Positions 42,819 to 56,963 of a DNA stretch of 64,000 nucleotides are shown one piece after another. Position 1 is the first letter of the stretch. Every line of letters starts with the position of its first letter. The translations under genes were made by a program, and so were the position numbers. The DNA lies in NCBI GenBank assembly GCA_039621445.1, contig CP154954.1, positions 16,770,589 to 16,834,588 on the forward strand, read 5' to 3'. The notes beneath the pieces were generated by a model. The model ran no database searches, had not been told where the DNA came from, and saw nothing but the letters and a program-made list of their open reading frames with translations. Source of the DNA: Euglena gracilis (taxonomy: Eukaryota).

Positions 42819-43245
42819 CAGGCTTTTGCTTAAGGACCCCGGGGGGGGGGGTACTGGCTAGCCAATCGGCTAGACACTGGAAAAAGTGGACTAGCTAGAC
42901 CCCGGGGGGGGGGGGGAGTCCGGGGAACCCCCGGACTGGAAAAAAAAAATTTCTTCCGGCGCTGTGCGCCGGAGGAAAAATGAGGTTTATAACAGGTTTT
43001 GGGCTGATTTTGTTCCAAAAATTCCCAAAAATGGCCAAAAACGGGCATTTTTGGCCATTTTGGGGGGTCCCAAAAAAAATTTCGGCGCTTCGCGCCGGTC
43101 ACTGGAAAAAAAATTTTCCACTAGCTAGCCCTGCTAGCAAACCCCCCGGGGGGGGTCTGCTAGAAAACCCACTAGCCAAATTTGGACTAGCTGCAGTCCA
43201 GCCCCCCCCCCGGGGGGGTACTGCAATCCCTTAAGCAAAAGCCTG
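42819..43245. mobile_element. hAT-type MITE, perfect 17-bp TIR CAGGCTTTTGCTTAAGG, 8-bp TSD GTAGGGAT
   Basis: gtagggat(42811-42818)|caggcttttgcttaagg ... ccttaagcaaaagcctg|gtagggat(43246-43253). Confidence 0.95.
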
Positions 43246-43636
43246 GTAGGGATGCCCCCCCCCCTTCTCGGGCGCAGTTGCGCCCGTTTTGGCCCCACAA
43301 TCGCGCGCATTTGCGCACGCTTTGACGGTAAGTTCAGGCGCAACTGAGCGCGATCCGACCCCTCCTGTGTGGCGTGCGCCTCGGCGCTGAGGACCCCAGA
43401 ACGAGCGGTGACACTGAGAGAACCAATGGGGACATGCAGTCTTCACCACCAACCCCCCGGGAGCTGCAGAACAACAAGTCGGCCGCCGAAAAACTGCGGA
43501 ACACACGCCAGGCAACAGGACCTTGAGCCCTCCACCGCCCGTGTTGGAGACCCCGAACCAGCCGAACCAGAGGGAAAAACACCCAGCACCGAATCGCGCG
43601 CACCTGCGCCTGTGGACGTAGACACTCCGTGCGCAC

Positions 43637-43946
43637 CAGGGGCACGGAGTTTTTTTTTAAAGACCGGGGGGGGTCCCCCCACCACCCATCCCCTGGGGGG
43701 GGGAACCACAAAAAAATGGCCGAAAAATCGCGAAAAGTGCTAAAAATAACACTTTTCGGCGCCTTCGGCGCCGAAAAGTGTATCCCACCCCCCCCCCCCC
43801 CCCGGAGGGGGGGGGACCCCCCCCCCCCCCGCGGGGGGGGGGGGGCGGGCCAACCCCCCCCCCCCACCGGGGGGGGGGGGGGGGCTCGGCCGGACCCACC
43901 CACCCTACCCCCCCCCAGGGGTCCACAACTTAAAAAAAAACACCTG
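43637..43946. mobile_element. hAT-type MITE, 8-bp TSD GTGCGCAC
   Basis: gtgcgcac(43629-43636)|cagg...tttttttttaaag ... cttaaaaaaaaacacctg|gtgcgcac(43947-43954). Perfect 15-bp hairpin at 43749-43781. Confidence 0.85.
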
Positions 43947-46900
43947 GTGCGCACTTGCACGCGATTGAGGGCTGGATGAGGGAAGTTGTGACCCGGATGA
44001 AAACCCAGGCAGAGTGGTGATGCTGAATGCAAGTGTTGTGTGCATCTGGGCGCGTTAGTCATCCCCCAGCTCTTCGTCTTCATGGCCCCTATTTTGAAGC
44101 CCCTGCCAGCAAACACTACACAGGACGGTTTGAAAACGTACTAAACGAGGGGGTTAAACCTCATTGAGCTGCATGGTGAAAACGTCCCGCACGCTTGGTT
44201 CTGACACGCACCCAAAACGCCCCGATTCATTGCGACGTCTGACAACTGGTACCGCAATGGGCAGGTCTGATTCTGAGATCCCGGAAATACCCCCCTCCAC
44301 AGACCCAGTTTCCGGATTACACGCAACGTCAAAACTAGTCGAAATCGGACTTGCCAAAAAAAAAGAGGGCATCCTGGACCCAAATTCAAAAAAAAAACGA
44401 GGACTCACCAATGTAATTTTCTTTTTGAACAGGCGTACCGCTGCCAAAAACAGTCATCATTTCTCGTAGTTTTTGACCCGGGAGAAGATGCACCGCGCCC
44501 ACAAACAGTGCACCTTGAGGCGAGGGTGAGGGTGTCTCCATTCCCTAAACAACAGAGGGCCACTGCACACGGACACAGCTGCGTACGCATGCAGGCGCAC
44601 CCTGCAGGCGGCCCACCTCTAATACACGTGGCGTCAAAGACCTCTGTGTGCAAGCACACTGAAGATTTCTGAGGGGGGGGTCGCGACAGGGTTTTACAGA
44701 CGAGCCTGTACACAACCATCACATTGGCAAACTTTTGTTCCCAAATCGCTTGGGTTCGAGTGCAGGTGCGTCCGGGCCTGCGGACCAAACAATATATCGC
44801 CTCCGGATATAAGCCCTAGGGTACCACTTCTGGATGTCAACGTCCATTCCCTTGATAATCCTCTAACGTTCTAAGACCAGAGGTAGTGCCTCCTCCTCCT
44901 CTGTCTCCCAGCGAAAGCAAAACCTCTGCCTAGCGCAAACAGCCATGCCATCTAAAGGTTCTCCTGCCCGAGCCCGTCACACCGGCAAGCTAAATGGAGG
45001 GCACACCCCTCACTTTCTAAACCCAACACCGTCGGGTCTGTGGGCGCATCTGCGCGCGCCTCATGTACCAGTGTTATCCACTAACGTTTGGCATCGGGGT
45101 CTGGAGAGGCTGCAGGAAGACTTGCACACCTTTCTCACGAAGAACCGCAACCGTCGCCTCACCTTGGCCATGCTCACGGGGCCGGAGGCCGCACCCCCTC
45201 TCTGCGGCAAAAGCCCCCAGTTCGTGCGCAGATGCGCGCGCTTGTTGTGTTCAAACGGGCGTGGATTGGCTGGTGGTACACACTCTGCTTACCCCACTCC
45301 AAACCACTGGCTGGGCATTTCCCCATCTCACATACCAACCGCGTGCAGAAGCGCCCGTCAGGAGGTGAAAGGGACTGTACCACGGCAGGGATCACGCATC
45401 TCCTCCCGCCAGCATGTACACACGGCGTCGCCCAACGCTGCAGCACATCACCACACCCACTACCGCATGCATGTCCGAATGGCCTCCCTGATCATCCGTA
45501 CACCCTTTGCCCTATGACACCGGCAGCTCCCAATGCTCCAACCCTGCACCCTGCACAGCACACCCCACGGCTTGCACGGCTTCGGCGGCACCGAAAATGG
45601 CTGTTTTCGGACGTTAAAGCTTTGTCTCAGATAGTCACCAATGGGGCGCACATGCGCGCGACCCCGCCACTGAAGACCCCTCTTCTGCCGCTGACGTCTG
45701 GCCCTCTACCGCCGTTTTCAAAGCCGAGACATGAGTGATTTTTCAATTTTGCTTTCGCTGGCCAAGGTTTCAAACCCTAGCCGTGACGACCTCTTTTCGT
45801 GTCAAAAAAATGTCAATCAGACGCACTTCTCGGGGTTCACACCGCGAGACACCACAGCCATGCGCTCGCAACACGTCCGAGGGTCACCGCCAGCCGTAGT
45901 TTCAAACACGGCAAACGAAAGGCGACGGACGCGTCGCAAGTTCACGCGCAGTTGCACCCAAATCGGCAAAAAATCTTAAGTGCCACTTTGACCGTCTAAT
46001 TCCTTCGGAAGGGAAGGGTCCAACCAGCACGATTTTCATGCCAGCACCTTTTTTGATATTCCAGCCGGCTGGCTGGACACCGGGGGGACCTTAAAAAAAA
46101 ATCCCGGAAGGGTGAACAGCTGCAGCCCACCCACCAGCCCTTCCTGTTTTTCTAGGGGCACCAATTTTAGGCTAAAGTTTTAGAAATTTTCACCGAAATG
46201 ATCAAAAATCTTCAAAAAATTTTCCAGCCAAAAGGTGTGACATTTCAAAAGATTCTACCTTTTTTTTCACAAAAAAGCCTTTCAAGGCATTTTAACCCAT
46301 TTTAAGGTCTTTTGTAAAAAAAAAAGTTTCAAAGCATATTATACCTGGTGATCGGCCCCCCCCCACAGTTGGCCCTGCAGTTTTTTTGGCATTGGTTTTC
46401 AATTTCGATTTTTTTGCACCTCAAAAATTTGGGCATTGTTGAAAAATTCAAAATAAAATGCACCGACAAGAGGGACTTATATATGCTTCCAATTATCGAT
46501 GCAGCAGTGTTGGTTGCTGAAGGAACAGACGGCAAACCATATTAATGCAATATTCTTCCATCTGGCACATTAAACCTTTGAATTTTTATTTGCAGCCACC
46601 AGACACTGAAATGTTCCTACCTAGACTTCCTTCCAACTCGCAGGAACCCCCCGATCCAGGGGGTTTGAGTAGGTGCCCCACTGAAAGTTTCACAATAAAG
46701 GAGAGCCACCAAGGGTGGGGGGGCACCTTCCAGGGGGAATGGGCGGGTAGTTTTTTGAGAGTGGGTGGACGGTGGCTGGGCCACTTTACCCCCTCTCCCC
46801 GGGGGGTGGAGTGCACCTTGGGCCAGACCAACCGGGCGCTGTGTTTTCTTTGGAAGTAGCTGGAAGGCTGTTTGCAAAAGCGCATAATCGCTGGGTGGGT

Positions 46901-47324
46901 CCTTTTGCTGCCCTTCCCTTGGGGCTTCCTGTTGTGGGTTTGGTGGTGTGTGGTGTGATAGACGGCGCTGATTGTTATTCTTTCTACCCGGGCACCCTCA
47001 CCCTCACCTGCTTGGTTCCCCACCAGATGCACAACTCGACGATGAAGCCCACGCGCATCGCTTCGTCATGTACCGCATTGGGCGTGCACGACGGACGTCA
47101 GCTTGCCACGGAGAGGCAAGAAGGGGCAAGAGGCCGCTATCTGCACTGGCAACTGTTAGGGGTTTAGGTATGCAGTCCTGAGGACCCCCCCCTCAAAGAT
47201 GCGAAGTCACAGGTTGGACTAAGATTGATTATTCTTGGCTCTCACTTTGTGGGTCTCTAGGCAACTTTCTGTGACCGAGAACTGCCTCAGAATGGAGGCG
47301 TCATGTGCAGCATTGCAACCGCTG

Positions 47325-47432
47325 CCAGACAAGAACAGGCTCCGACGAAATAGTTATAGTTTTCCTTGATATATGAAGCAGGGTTGAGGGAGGACAGCGA
47401 GGACCCCGCTTTGGTTGAGACGGAGGCAGCCA
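47325..47432 (-). pseudogene. Exon C paralog (copy 2), +1 frameshift relative to copy 1
   Basis: Acceptor tctttgcgtttgcag|tggctgcctcc. Shares catatatcaaggaa with 4851-4864. Confidence 0.5.
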
Positions 47433-48230
47433 CTGCAAACGCAAAGACCCCCTGTGCTCGTTGAACTGGAACCAAGCAAAGAATACTTCAAAAATCGCTG
47501 ACCCAGGCCAACAAATTCCTTGAGTGCAATTCTGTGCCGTTTTTTTCGGGGGTCAAGAAGTTCTGGGTAGTTTCTCTTGCAAAAATAACCACAGTTGGTG
47601 TCGGCTCAACCCCACCCTCCCCCATCTTTCGGGGGGGTGGTCAACAAGGCGTTCCCGTACAGCCCTGCATCTGAGTTTTGGTGCAAATTGCCAGTTGTCC
47701 CCCCACTCATTGTCATTGATCCAAAACGAAAGCAACTGAGCAACAGAGCAAAAGGCGTGGCTTTCCACTTTCGAATGCAAGTCAATCAACCTTGGAAAAG
47801 AGCGATGGTCACGAGGGGTGTTCGGACCCCGGGGGGGGGGGGTCCTGCGAGCCGGCTGGAAAAAGGTGCTGGTTGGACCCCCCCTAAGGGGAGAGGTCCG
47901 GGGGGGGGGGGGGTCTTGCCAGCTGGGAGGCCCCGGAGGGTTCCCAAAAACTGCCCAAAAAGCCCAAATCCAGCTGGGTTGGCTTTTCAAATTTGGGTGT
48001 TTCAGCCAAAATTTGGAGGTGGACACCCAAAGACCATCCAAACCGTCATTTTGGGCCATTTTTGACCCCTTTTCCAAAATTTTCGGTGCTTTACACCGAA
48101 AAATTATCGGCCCAGCCCGCCTTCTCCGGGCTGAACTCAACTCAACTTCAGCCGACACCGGGGGGAGTCCGCAACCCGGGCTGGCTGGAAAAAGGATGCT
48201 GGCTGGCGGGGGGGAGGTCCAGCCAGCCAG

Positions 48231-49463
48231 CAGGCATTATTATTTTTTAAGGCGCCTTAAAAAACCTTAAAAAACCTTAAAAATTTTTTTGCCAAAATGC
48301 CTTAAAAAACCTTAAAAACCCTTAAAAAACCTTAAAAAACTCACCCCGGGGAAGTTTTTCTTCCCCGTGATGACCTTAAAAAACCTTAAAAATTTTCCCT
48401 GGGAATTTTTTTTCTTGGAAGGTGTGAAAAATGGGGGTTTGAGGGAGTTTAATGGCCATTTTTTGAGGAAAAAGTTCTAAAGTAATTTTTTGTCATCAAA
48501 AAGTGACGTTTTTAAATTTTTCCAGACTTTTTTTTTGTTGAGTTTTTTTTATTTAAAAAAAACACATATTTTTAAAAAACTTGTTTTCTTTTAAAAAATT
48601 TATTTATAAAAAACTTGTTTTTTTAAAAAAAAGTTTTTTTAAAAAATATGCTTTTAAAAAAAACATTTTTTGTTTCAAAAAAAACAAGCAGTCAACCTTG
48701 GCAAGCACCTATGGTCAAGCCGCAAAATTTCCCCATTTGAGGCCATTTTAGGCCATTTAAGGCCAACAGGCAAGCAAATGTCCTGAATAGGGTCAGAAAT
48801 TTAAAGTAATTGCAATGAAAAAAAATGGATGGTTTCGAGTTTCGAGTTTCGAGGTGACCCACTCTGTATCCCATGCAACAAGGTTTTGAGCAATGTGTGG
48901 CGCACTGCATGGGCACGCATTTGGTATTGCTCACGTGAAAAAGTTGGATTATTGTGTCAGTGTTCATGAGGCTATCCGGTGTGGGTGCACGGGTCAGGGC
49001 GGTCCATCAGGGACAGGATTTTTTTTTTAGTTAACTGCCCCTTAAGGACTGCCCTTCCAGGGCAGTTTTGGACCCGAAATAATTTTTCCAGCGCCTTCGG
49101 CGCCGGGTGTTTTTTTTGACCCATTTTGGGACCCATATGCAGGAACCCATAGCTAAAATGGCCTAAAATTCCTAAAATGCCTAGAATGGCCTAAAATTCC
49201 TAAAATGCCTAAAATGGCAATAACTGTCCCTCGTGGACCGCCCTGATCCCATGCTTCGCCCGAGGCTTCTTCCTTGGGCGTTCCGAAGCCACAGGAGTCT
49301 GAAGCCATCGGGCCATCTTCGGGGTCTGAGATTTTACCTGAGGAAAAAAATGCCTTAAAAAACCTTAAAATTTTTTAAAATTCCTCAAAAAAACCTTAAA
49401 AAACCTTAAAAAAACGCCTTAAATTTTTTTGAGAAATCTCGCCTTAAAAAAAAATAATGCCTG
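48231..49463. mobile_element. TIR element CAGGCATTATT..TTTTTTAAGGC with CCTTAAAAAA subterminal arrays; contains nested MITE 48995-49245 and sits inside another element (~47813-49502)
   Basis: ccagccag|caggcattatt ... aataatgcctg|gcagccag (7/8 TSD match). Inner element cagggcggtcca ... tggaccgccctg. Confidence 0.85.
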
Positions 49464-52400
49464 GCAGCCAGCCAGCCCCTCCCCAGCTCGAGAAAACCCC
49501 TGTTCGTCCCTTATAAAATGGCTCTAAATCAATGAATTTTGGCGGATTTTTCAAATCCAAATTCTTTGGTGCGAGACAGCAATCGGTGGTTCGGTCGTTT
49601 TTGGCCGACCTCACCCACCCCCTGGGGGGAGAGGAGCCAAACAGCACTCCGAAAACCAGTCAGCAACCCCGGTGGAAGGTGGGGAACATACTAAACAAAG
49701 TCTGGTCAAAGGGGGATTTTCTGGGTGTGCAGGGTTCAAAAAACCATTTAGGAAAAAAACTCACAGAAAAGAGCTTAAAAGTGCAAAATTAACAAAAATG
49801 AAACCCTTCCAACGCAAAAAAACCCATGGAGGCAAGGGTAAAAACGATGCCACACAATAATGAAAAATAAATTTGAACACAACAATGAAAAAAGAGTTGC
49901 CTGCAAAAGGTCAATGAGGAATAAGTGCTAAATCCTAAACCCTAAATCCTAAATAAATAATAAATATAAATTATAACTAATAAATGATTAATGATAAATA
50001 ATAAATAAGAATAAATAAATAATAATATTGTCTTTAAATAATAACAATAAAATAACAAAAACCTCCCGCTTCTTGCCCTCTTACCCCTCGCAAGCTTGCA
50101 GCACCTCACCTCGCCCCCAAAAGCAAAAGCGGTTGCAGATGGGCCTCGTGGATCAGCACACTGCCTGTCCCAAGGCGGGGTACACAGGGAGGGGCATGGG
50201 ACGCTGGAATAGGCACCCGGCCGGGGGGGGGGGGGGGGGAACCCTCCGTTGCGGCGTGGAGGCGGGCGTGGGAGGGCACACTGAAACGGAGCTGGAAGTA
50301 AACGGCCGCCCAGCATTGGAATGCGCGCAGGGGACTGTCTGCCCCTGGACCTCAATGATGATGGGTGTCCCTAAAGTTAGCAGTGAACAAACAAAGTGAT
50401 CAAACCATCCGCCGCAGGCTGCAGAAATGCGCAGGACAAACAAAACGCGTGTCAGATTCTCCGAAGTTGCGGAAAACAAAAAGAATTGGAATAAACACAC
50501 AAACCGGGGGAAATATCCCAGCAGCCCCAGCCACATCGACCCTGAAGACCCAAGAGACCAGAGGGTGGTTCACCCCCAGCCAAGGCATGGCACAGATCTT
50601 GGCCCGGGGGGGGGGGAGGGGGGTCAACGACACGCTGTGTTGGGGACAAAGAGGGGAGGGGGTTTTGGGGGGCACCATCACAAATGGTGCAGGAATGCAC
50701 TAAGAAACGCAATGAGAGGACGCTGATGCTCGTTGTTTTCCCCTCGAATGATTCGGTTAAAAAAAACACACACTGAGTGCAAAGTCTGGGGCCCTTCCAC
50801 GCAGATGGGTGGAAGTACAGCGGGCTGAGCTGCGCTGATGGGGAACTAGGATGAGGTTGGCTGGGACTTGTGGCACGGCACTTCCAACAGCAAAACTTTG
50901 CAACTTTTCAAAAAAAAATTGATACAAAGTGCCGTACGAAGAAAAGTGACCTTTCGGGGAGTCCTTGTTCCCTTGGCAGGACGGACACGCAACATGAAGG
51001 CAGGGAGACACCCCATCGGTACCTAACTAAAAAAAAGAAAATCCTGTCCCAATACACTTCAACCGAAAAACAAGGATTTTTTACATTCAGGCGTCACTCT
51101 CCATCCACTCCGCAATGAGAAGTGCCCCCGACTTGTGACCAAGGGTGCAGGATTCCCGCCTTTGATAAAGAGTGGTCCTCAGGACGACAAAAAATAGGCC
51201 ATGCGTGGGGGATGTATGACCGTTTTTGGCTGGTTTTGACCATTTTTGGCTGTTTTTGGCCATCTGTGGCCCTTTTTGACCATTTTTTTGGCTACTTTTC
51301 ACCATTTTTGGCCACTTTTGAGCGTTTTGGGACATTTTCGGCCAGTTGGCCTGACTGTTTGTCACTTTTTGGCTACTGTTGGCCATTACTTTTGCCAAGA
51401 GTTAACCGAAATGGCCCAAAATGGACAAAAATTCCGCCAAAGAAGTTTGGCCAAATTTTGGCCAACTTTGACAATTCTCCACCTTTTGTTGCAACCTTGC
51501 ACATCGTTTTTGGTAAATTTTTTGGAGTCAAAATTGAGGGGCTTGTGGTTTTTTGAGCCACTTTGGGCATTTTCAGCCAGGTCAACCCCAGGTCAACCCC
51601 AGCTGCAAAAAAAAACAATGTGCAAAAGAAAAAAATTGTTCCTTATGGGCCAACATTGTTTACAAAAAGATCGCATCTGGGGGATCCTTGGACAAGCCCG
51701 GTCGCTGGACAAGGGGCCCCCACCCCCCGGAGAGGGAACTCTCAAAACTAATTTTTTGAGAAAATGTTGAATTTTTGGAAGGTGTGAAAAAATGGGGGTT
51801 TGAGGGGTTTTTGGGGGGACCTCCCATATGGGTTCCAAAATGGGTCAAAAAAACACCTGGCGCCGAAGGCGCCGGAAAAAAATTTTCGGGTCCATTTTTT
51901 TGGGACTATTTTGATTGAGGGGGTCCTTAAGGGGCGGTCCTTAACTAAAAAAAAAAAATCCCGTCCCTTACGGACCGCCCTGCCGAGAGCCAAAATGTGA
52001 CGCCTTCCTTGTGACAGACCGCGGTGTGGGGTGTGTGTTCCAATAAACAAATAATATGGGCAGAACCAGGGAGTGGTGCTTAGACAAGGAGGACTGACTG
52101 GAATCCTCCACGCCGCGCCGAAAGTCGTAATTTTGCTTCATCTTTGGCATCTTTCGTAGAGGAAACGTTCTCCCAGGAAGATGACCTGTCAAAAGATGAC
52201 TGAGAACCAGGGAGTGCTTAAGGCAAGGGTGGAGGGTGGTTCGTTTTGGTGGTTCTTGAGGGTACAGGGACATTTGCCTCCATCGGGGGGGGGGGGGGAT
52301 TTGAACAGGAGAAATGTGCAGGATATTGTTGTTGGAAATTGTTGTGGGAAAAACTGTGGCCAAAACTTTGTCCAGGATTTCCCCCGCCGTTTTAAGAATC

Positions 52401-53399
52401 CGCCATTTTCCTGGCAGATTTGAGAAAAATACAATTTCCTCCAATGAACGCCCAAAGATTTTCTTTGGCACTTTGCGCCAATTCTCGGAATGCATTTTTT
52501 GTTCACCTGTTGGAAGGTGCACTGATCATCCAAAGAAAATGTGTTCTTCGCTTTATTTTGCAAAATGGGTTCGAGATACTTTTTTGTCCAGAATTTTTTG
52601 CACCTTCATTTAAGCATTGGTCCAAGATTTTCCCTCACGGTGATTTCCCCAACAGCAGCTGTCCATGTCAACCTTTTCCCCCTCTGGCACCAGCACCTAC
52701 AGCCACTACCCATTTTGGTGCTCTAGTCAGCCCTGGTCGGCCCTGGCCGGCAGGTAGTCAGCCATAGGAGGGAGTGTCAATAATGGGCCCACATAATGCA
52801 CTTATAAGACACTTTTGCCGCCTTTTGGCCGCGTTTAGCTGCTTTTGGGAGGCTTTTGAGGACGTTTGGCCATTTTGGGTTGCTTTCGCCCATATTTAGC
52901 TAATTTTTTTTTGCGACTTCTGGCTAGTTCAGCATTTTTTTTTTGGCTGCTTCAAGTTGCTCTTTGTCAACTTTTATGCTATTTTAGGTCCTGATTGCTT
53001 TTGGCCGCTTTTGGCAACTTTGGCCGCGTTCGGGCAATGTTTGGCAACTTTGCAAACTTTTGGTTGCTTTTGACTGCTTTTGAGCGCCTTTGGTCAATTT
53101 TGGTCACAAGTGGTTACGTTCGGCCAATCTCGGCCACTTTTGGTTACTTCTAATTGCTTTTTAGCCAATTTTGGCCACCTTTCAGCCACTGCACACTTTG
53201 TGGCCACAATTTTTGGTGGCTTTTGGCAGCTTATGACAGCCTCTGACTGCTTTTTGCCACCCTTGTCACCCACATCAGTGGACTTTATGCCCTCGGACTC
53301 CATGTCATGTGTGCATGAGCAGCCAACTGTTTACCTGGGTATCCCCCCCCCCGACTCATACTCATATCTTCCAACCCAGTGCTCAGACCCAGGGAGTTG

Positions 53400-55130
53400 A
53401 CAATTCTCATTTGCCATTTAAGTTCAGAGAGTAGCATAAAAAATGACGCTGTACGCATTTGCAAACATCGACGAAGAAAAGAGCTTAAGTGCGAGATGCA
53501 CTGCCCAAGTGGATTGCCCCCCAACCTAAACAGGGACATGGCCAAAATGAACAATTTGAGGTACGGTGCAGAGTGCTGGGCCGAAAAATCCTTTACCCAA
53601 ACCGACCCAAGGTGCAACTTTAGCACTTTGGGCGATCGGGTCCCCCATTGTGAGGGGGACCCGATCAGGAAGACAAGCACCGGGGAATATTCCCCTGGGT
53701 TCGTGGGGCAACCGTGTATCAGCATGTCACCAACTCAGCCTAGCATCCCACCGCCGATGGGGGGGGGGGGGGGGACTGGAGCTGGCGGTCCATTTGTTCA
53801 TTGTGTTGGGTGCTTCAAAAAACAAAAGGGTGAACCTGCCACCCCACCTCCACAACACCACCTGGGGCTGGCAGTTGTCATACAGGGGATGAGGGGTGGC
53901 GGTACTGGGGTTTTGGTGGTTTTTTGTCGGTGTTTTTCACTTTGGGGGGATAGGTCCGGGGGGTTGCGTGTCATTCCGACCTCAAAAACAGCAAAAAAAC
54001 ACGTAATTCCCAAGAGCGGTGCCCAAAACGAGGGACCGCCCGTATTTTGTCCAACCCTGCTCCCTCTCGCTCTCACCCCTTGTAACGCCGGTGCTCAAAT
54101 TGGTTTTTTGTCGGTGTGTGAAAATGCGCACATCGACCAAAAAAAAAGCTTAAGTGCCAGATGCACCGCCTAAGATCCTTCCCAGTTGTCTTGTCCATCT
54201 TTTCTGGTTCTTACACCAGGGGAGGGGGACAAAGGCCACCAGAAGATGCCAAGGGTGGCAGCATCTTGATAAAGAAAAAAAGCCAGTGCCTGCAGATGGC
54301 GTGGTTGCGTAGAAATTTCTGTGGCTCCACCTTCCTCCTGGCATCCTGCTAACCAGCACGGGGAAATACTCGCAAGCGCTGGTGGCTGTCTGCTTTACAA
54401 GATGGCTCTTCCTGAGCAAGATTGTGCCGATGCCACAACATAAAATACTCACCCAGAAATATGTTTACCCTTCCAGCCACCCCCTGAAGGACCAGGAACT
54501 TCAAGGAGGGGGGGCTGTTCAAGGAGGCCGGGAGGGTGGGCCCAACCCCCCCCCTCCCGGGAGGTGCGTCGCCCCCCCCCCACCATAGCAGTTCGCAAGG
54601 AATGTTTTGACCTAAAACCCCCCAAACACCACCCACAGGGTTGCGGGAATTCCCGCACAGCTCTGGGAACCAACCACAAAAAAGTGAGCAAAAAGACCAA
54701 CTATTTGCCTGCAATGAACCCTTCGGATTGGAGCAGTCAGGTGTGGGCCAACACGCACACATGCAAGCCCGAGCTGTTTCGCAAGCAGCGCAGAGGGAAC
54801 GCGACGCACGATCCGGAATACTTGCAGAGCCTCCAAGAGCTTTCGAACCAAGAGCACAACAAAAATTGGGGCCCTTGGTTCAGTGAGCAGGGAAATTGAC
54901 AGAATGGTCCATAGGCTTGGCGACGCCTGCAAATGCCAGACAGCGTGGAAGGCAGACCGAACATTTCTATGTCTGACAGCAAAGGTTTCCTAGATGAGTT
55001 CTTTCTTCATTTGCACCTCGACCACAGAAACTGCGAAAAATGGGGAGGTTGAAGTATATGCCTTCATAGGGAGAAAATAGAACGCACTACCAGATGGTTT
55101 AAACCCCCCATGGTGACAAACATATTATCA
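53400..55130 (+). pseudogene. Plus-strand degenerate relic of the same ARSGI transposase-like family, interrupted by MITEs
   Basis: ICKHRRRK...NNLRYG (~53455-53570) resembles FCRHNRIR...LNLHDG of the 25.4-kb relic. Also KYSQALVAVCFT (~54365-54400) and DARSGIL (54803-54823). Confidence 0.45.
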
Positions 55131-55179
55131 TACAATTGCCACTATACGCAATCGAAGGATGAAACTAACGCCAAAATAT

Positions 55180-55279
55180 GAAATATAATATATATATAAT
55201 ATATATATATATGTATATGTATATATATGTATATATATATATGTATATATATACATGTATATATATAAATGTATGTATG

Positions 55280-55314
<35 letters not shown>

Positions 55315-55340
55315 ATATATGTATATATATGTATATATAA
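55180..55340. repeat. (TA)n/(TATG)n microsatellite
   Basis: Directly visible. Confidence 0.95.
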
Positions 55341-55607
55341 GAAGGGGCCAAAAAGGATCCAGGAGAGGATGGCTCGATCAACAGAAATCTGGTGTGTATT
55401 ACACAAAATAAAAGGCATATCAAAGTCATTACACAAATCAAAGCATATCAAGAACATGTGAAAAAAGAGAATATTGGAGAACAGCATCATTCTGACGAAT
55501 GCTAGAAAGAAAATCTGAAAATTAGAACGGGGAAAGCGGTGGGGGTGCCACAATAAAAAAAGAACATGCTGTTTAAAACTGTTGTATCCTAAATTCCCCT
55601 GGGTGGA

Positions 55608-56963
55608 AAACGTGATGGGCGTGTTAGTGCGCACATTTGCGCAAATAATAATAATAAATAATAATCACAATTGCGTTTGTTTGCGCATTTGCGCAAATGC
55701 GCAAATAAACATTTAACAAACCGCTTCGAGATGATGTGTTTCAGCGAGCCTTAACGCACACAAACAATGTTTGTTTATTTGCGCAAATGCGCAAATAAAA
55801 AACATGAGTTGTGTGACACCATCTCCTGCTCTGTGACAGCTGGCGAACGCAATTCCTCACGCCAACCATTGAATTGCACCACGATTACATGGCGATGAAA
55901 TTTGTGGTGAGAGGTAGTGTGTAATGCTCACTGGAACACGGCATGTGACGGGCCAAAATTTGCCTGCCTTATGTGTGCACATTTGCACTGCTGTTACCCG
56001 GCCCACACGACCTGTTCCTTTGGCATCATCTGTTTGGCAGTTAAACGTCATGAACTGATGACGTGCAAACTACCTGTGTCTGTTTGACACCTTTTCTGCA
56101 ACAGTACTGCGTTGCAAGAAGTCAAAATTTGGCATCTGAAATGCCCGGGATGCGTCGGGCCGGAGTCCGTTTTATGGTTTTTCTCCACCATTTTCCCCTT
56201 GAAAAACGTAAAACACACCAGTTTTTGTGCATAATTTGGGGGGAGTGAGTCCCACCGCTTTGAGGCCACCAATCCAGTGGTACACGTTCACCACTTCCTT
56301 GCACCCAAAGTAGCGGGTGTTTGAGGGCTGTCTCTCTCCGGCCGCTGGTTGCCATGCACTGGCACCACGTTGTCCCCCCTATCAAACCCTGAGCCCAGGC
56401 CGCAGGTCAGCGGCAGGGCCCTTGGGACCCGAAAATGGGTGCCGGTGGACGTGTACCATTACTGGGTAGTTGCACTCACCTTCAGGAGATCCTCTGTCTC
56501 CATCTTTTGTGGGACCTGTCAATGGTCCAAAAACGGCCCCATACCACCATATGCCAGAGGAGACGGTGTGGTCACTTGGTTGAACCCATTCAGAAGCCAC
56601 TAAGGGTAGCTGTAGGAGGGCCAAACGAAATCGTTTTTACTTCTCCATTGGTTGTTCATTTGCGCATTTGCGCGCATCACGTTGTTTTGGGCGCAAATGC
56701 GCAATAAACCAGATGTAAATTGTGCAGTTTCTTCATGCAGTTTATTTGCGCATTTGCGCCCACAAACAACGTGATGCGCGCAAATGCGCAAATGAACCAC
56801 ATCTGCTGCTGGTGTTTGACGGTTGTGTTTCCGTCACACCGTCCTTCTTTGTGTTTATTTGCGCATTTGCGCAAATAAACAAAGAACATGTTTGTTTGCG
56901 CATTTTCGCAAATGCGCGCATAAACATAATTTGTGTTGGTGCGCATTTGCGCCCATAAGCTTG
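55608..56963. mobile_element. TIR element with TTTGCGCATTTGCGCAAAT subterminal arrays flanking an ~800-bp unique core
   Basis: Arrays at 55630-55800 and 56655-56955. Degenerate inverted ends atgggcg..tgcgcac and gtgcgca..cgcccat. Confidence 0.65.

Noticed and set aside
44945-45738. Overlapping 190-216 aa ORFs in a GC-rich stretch
   Set aside because: No recognisable motif or paralog support. It may be a decayed element, but I cannot support a call.
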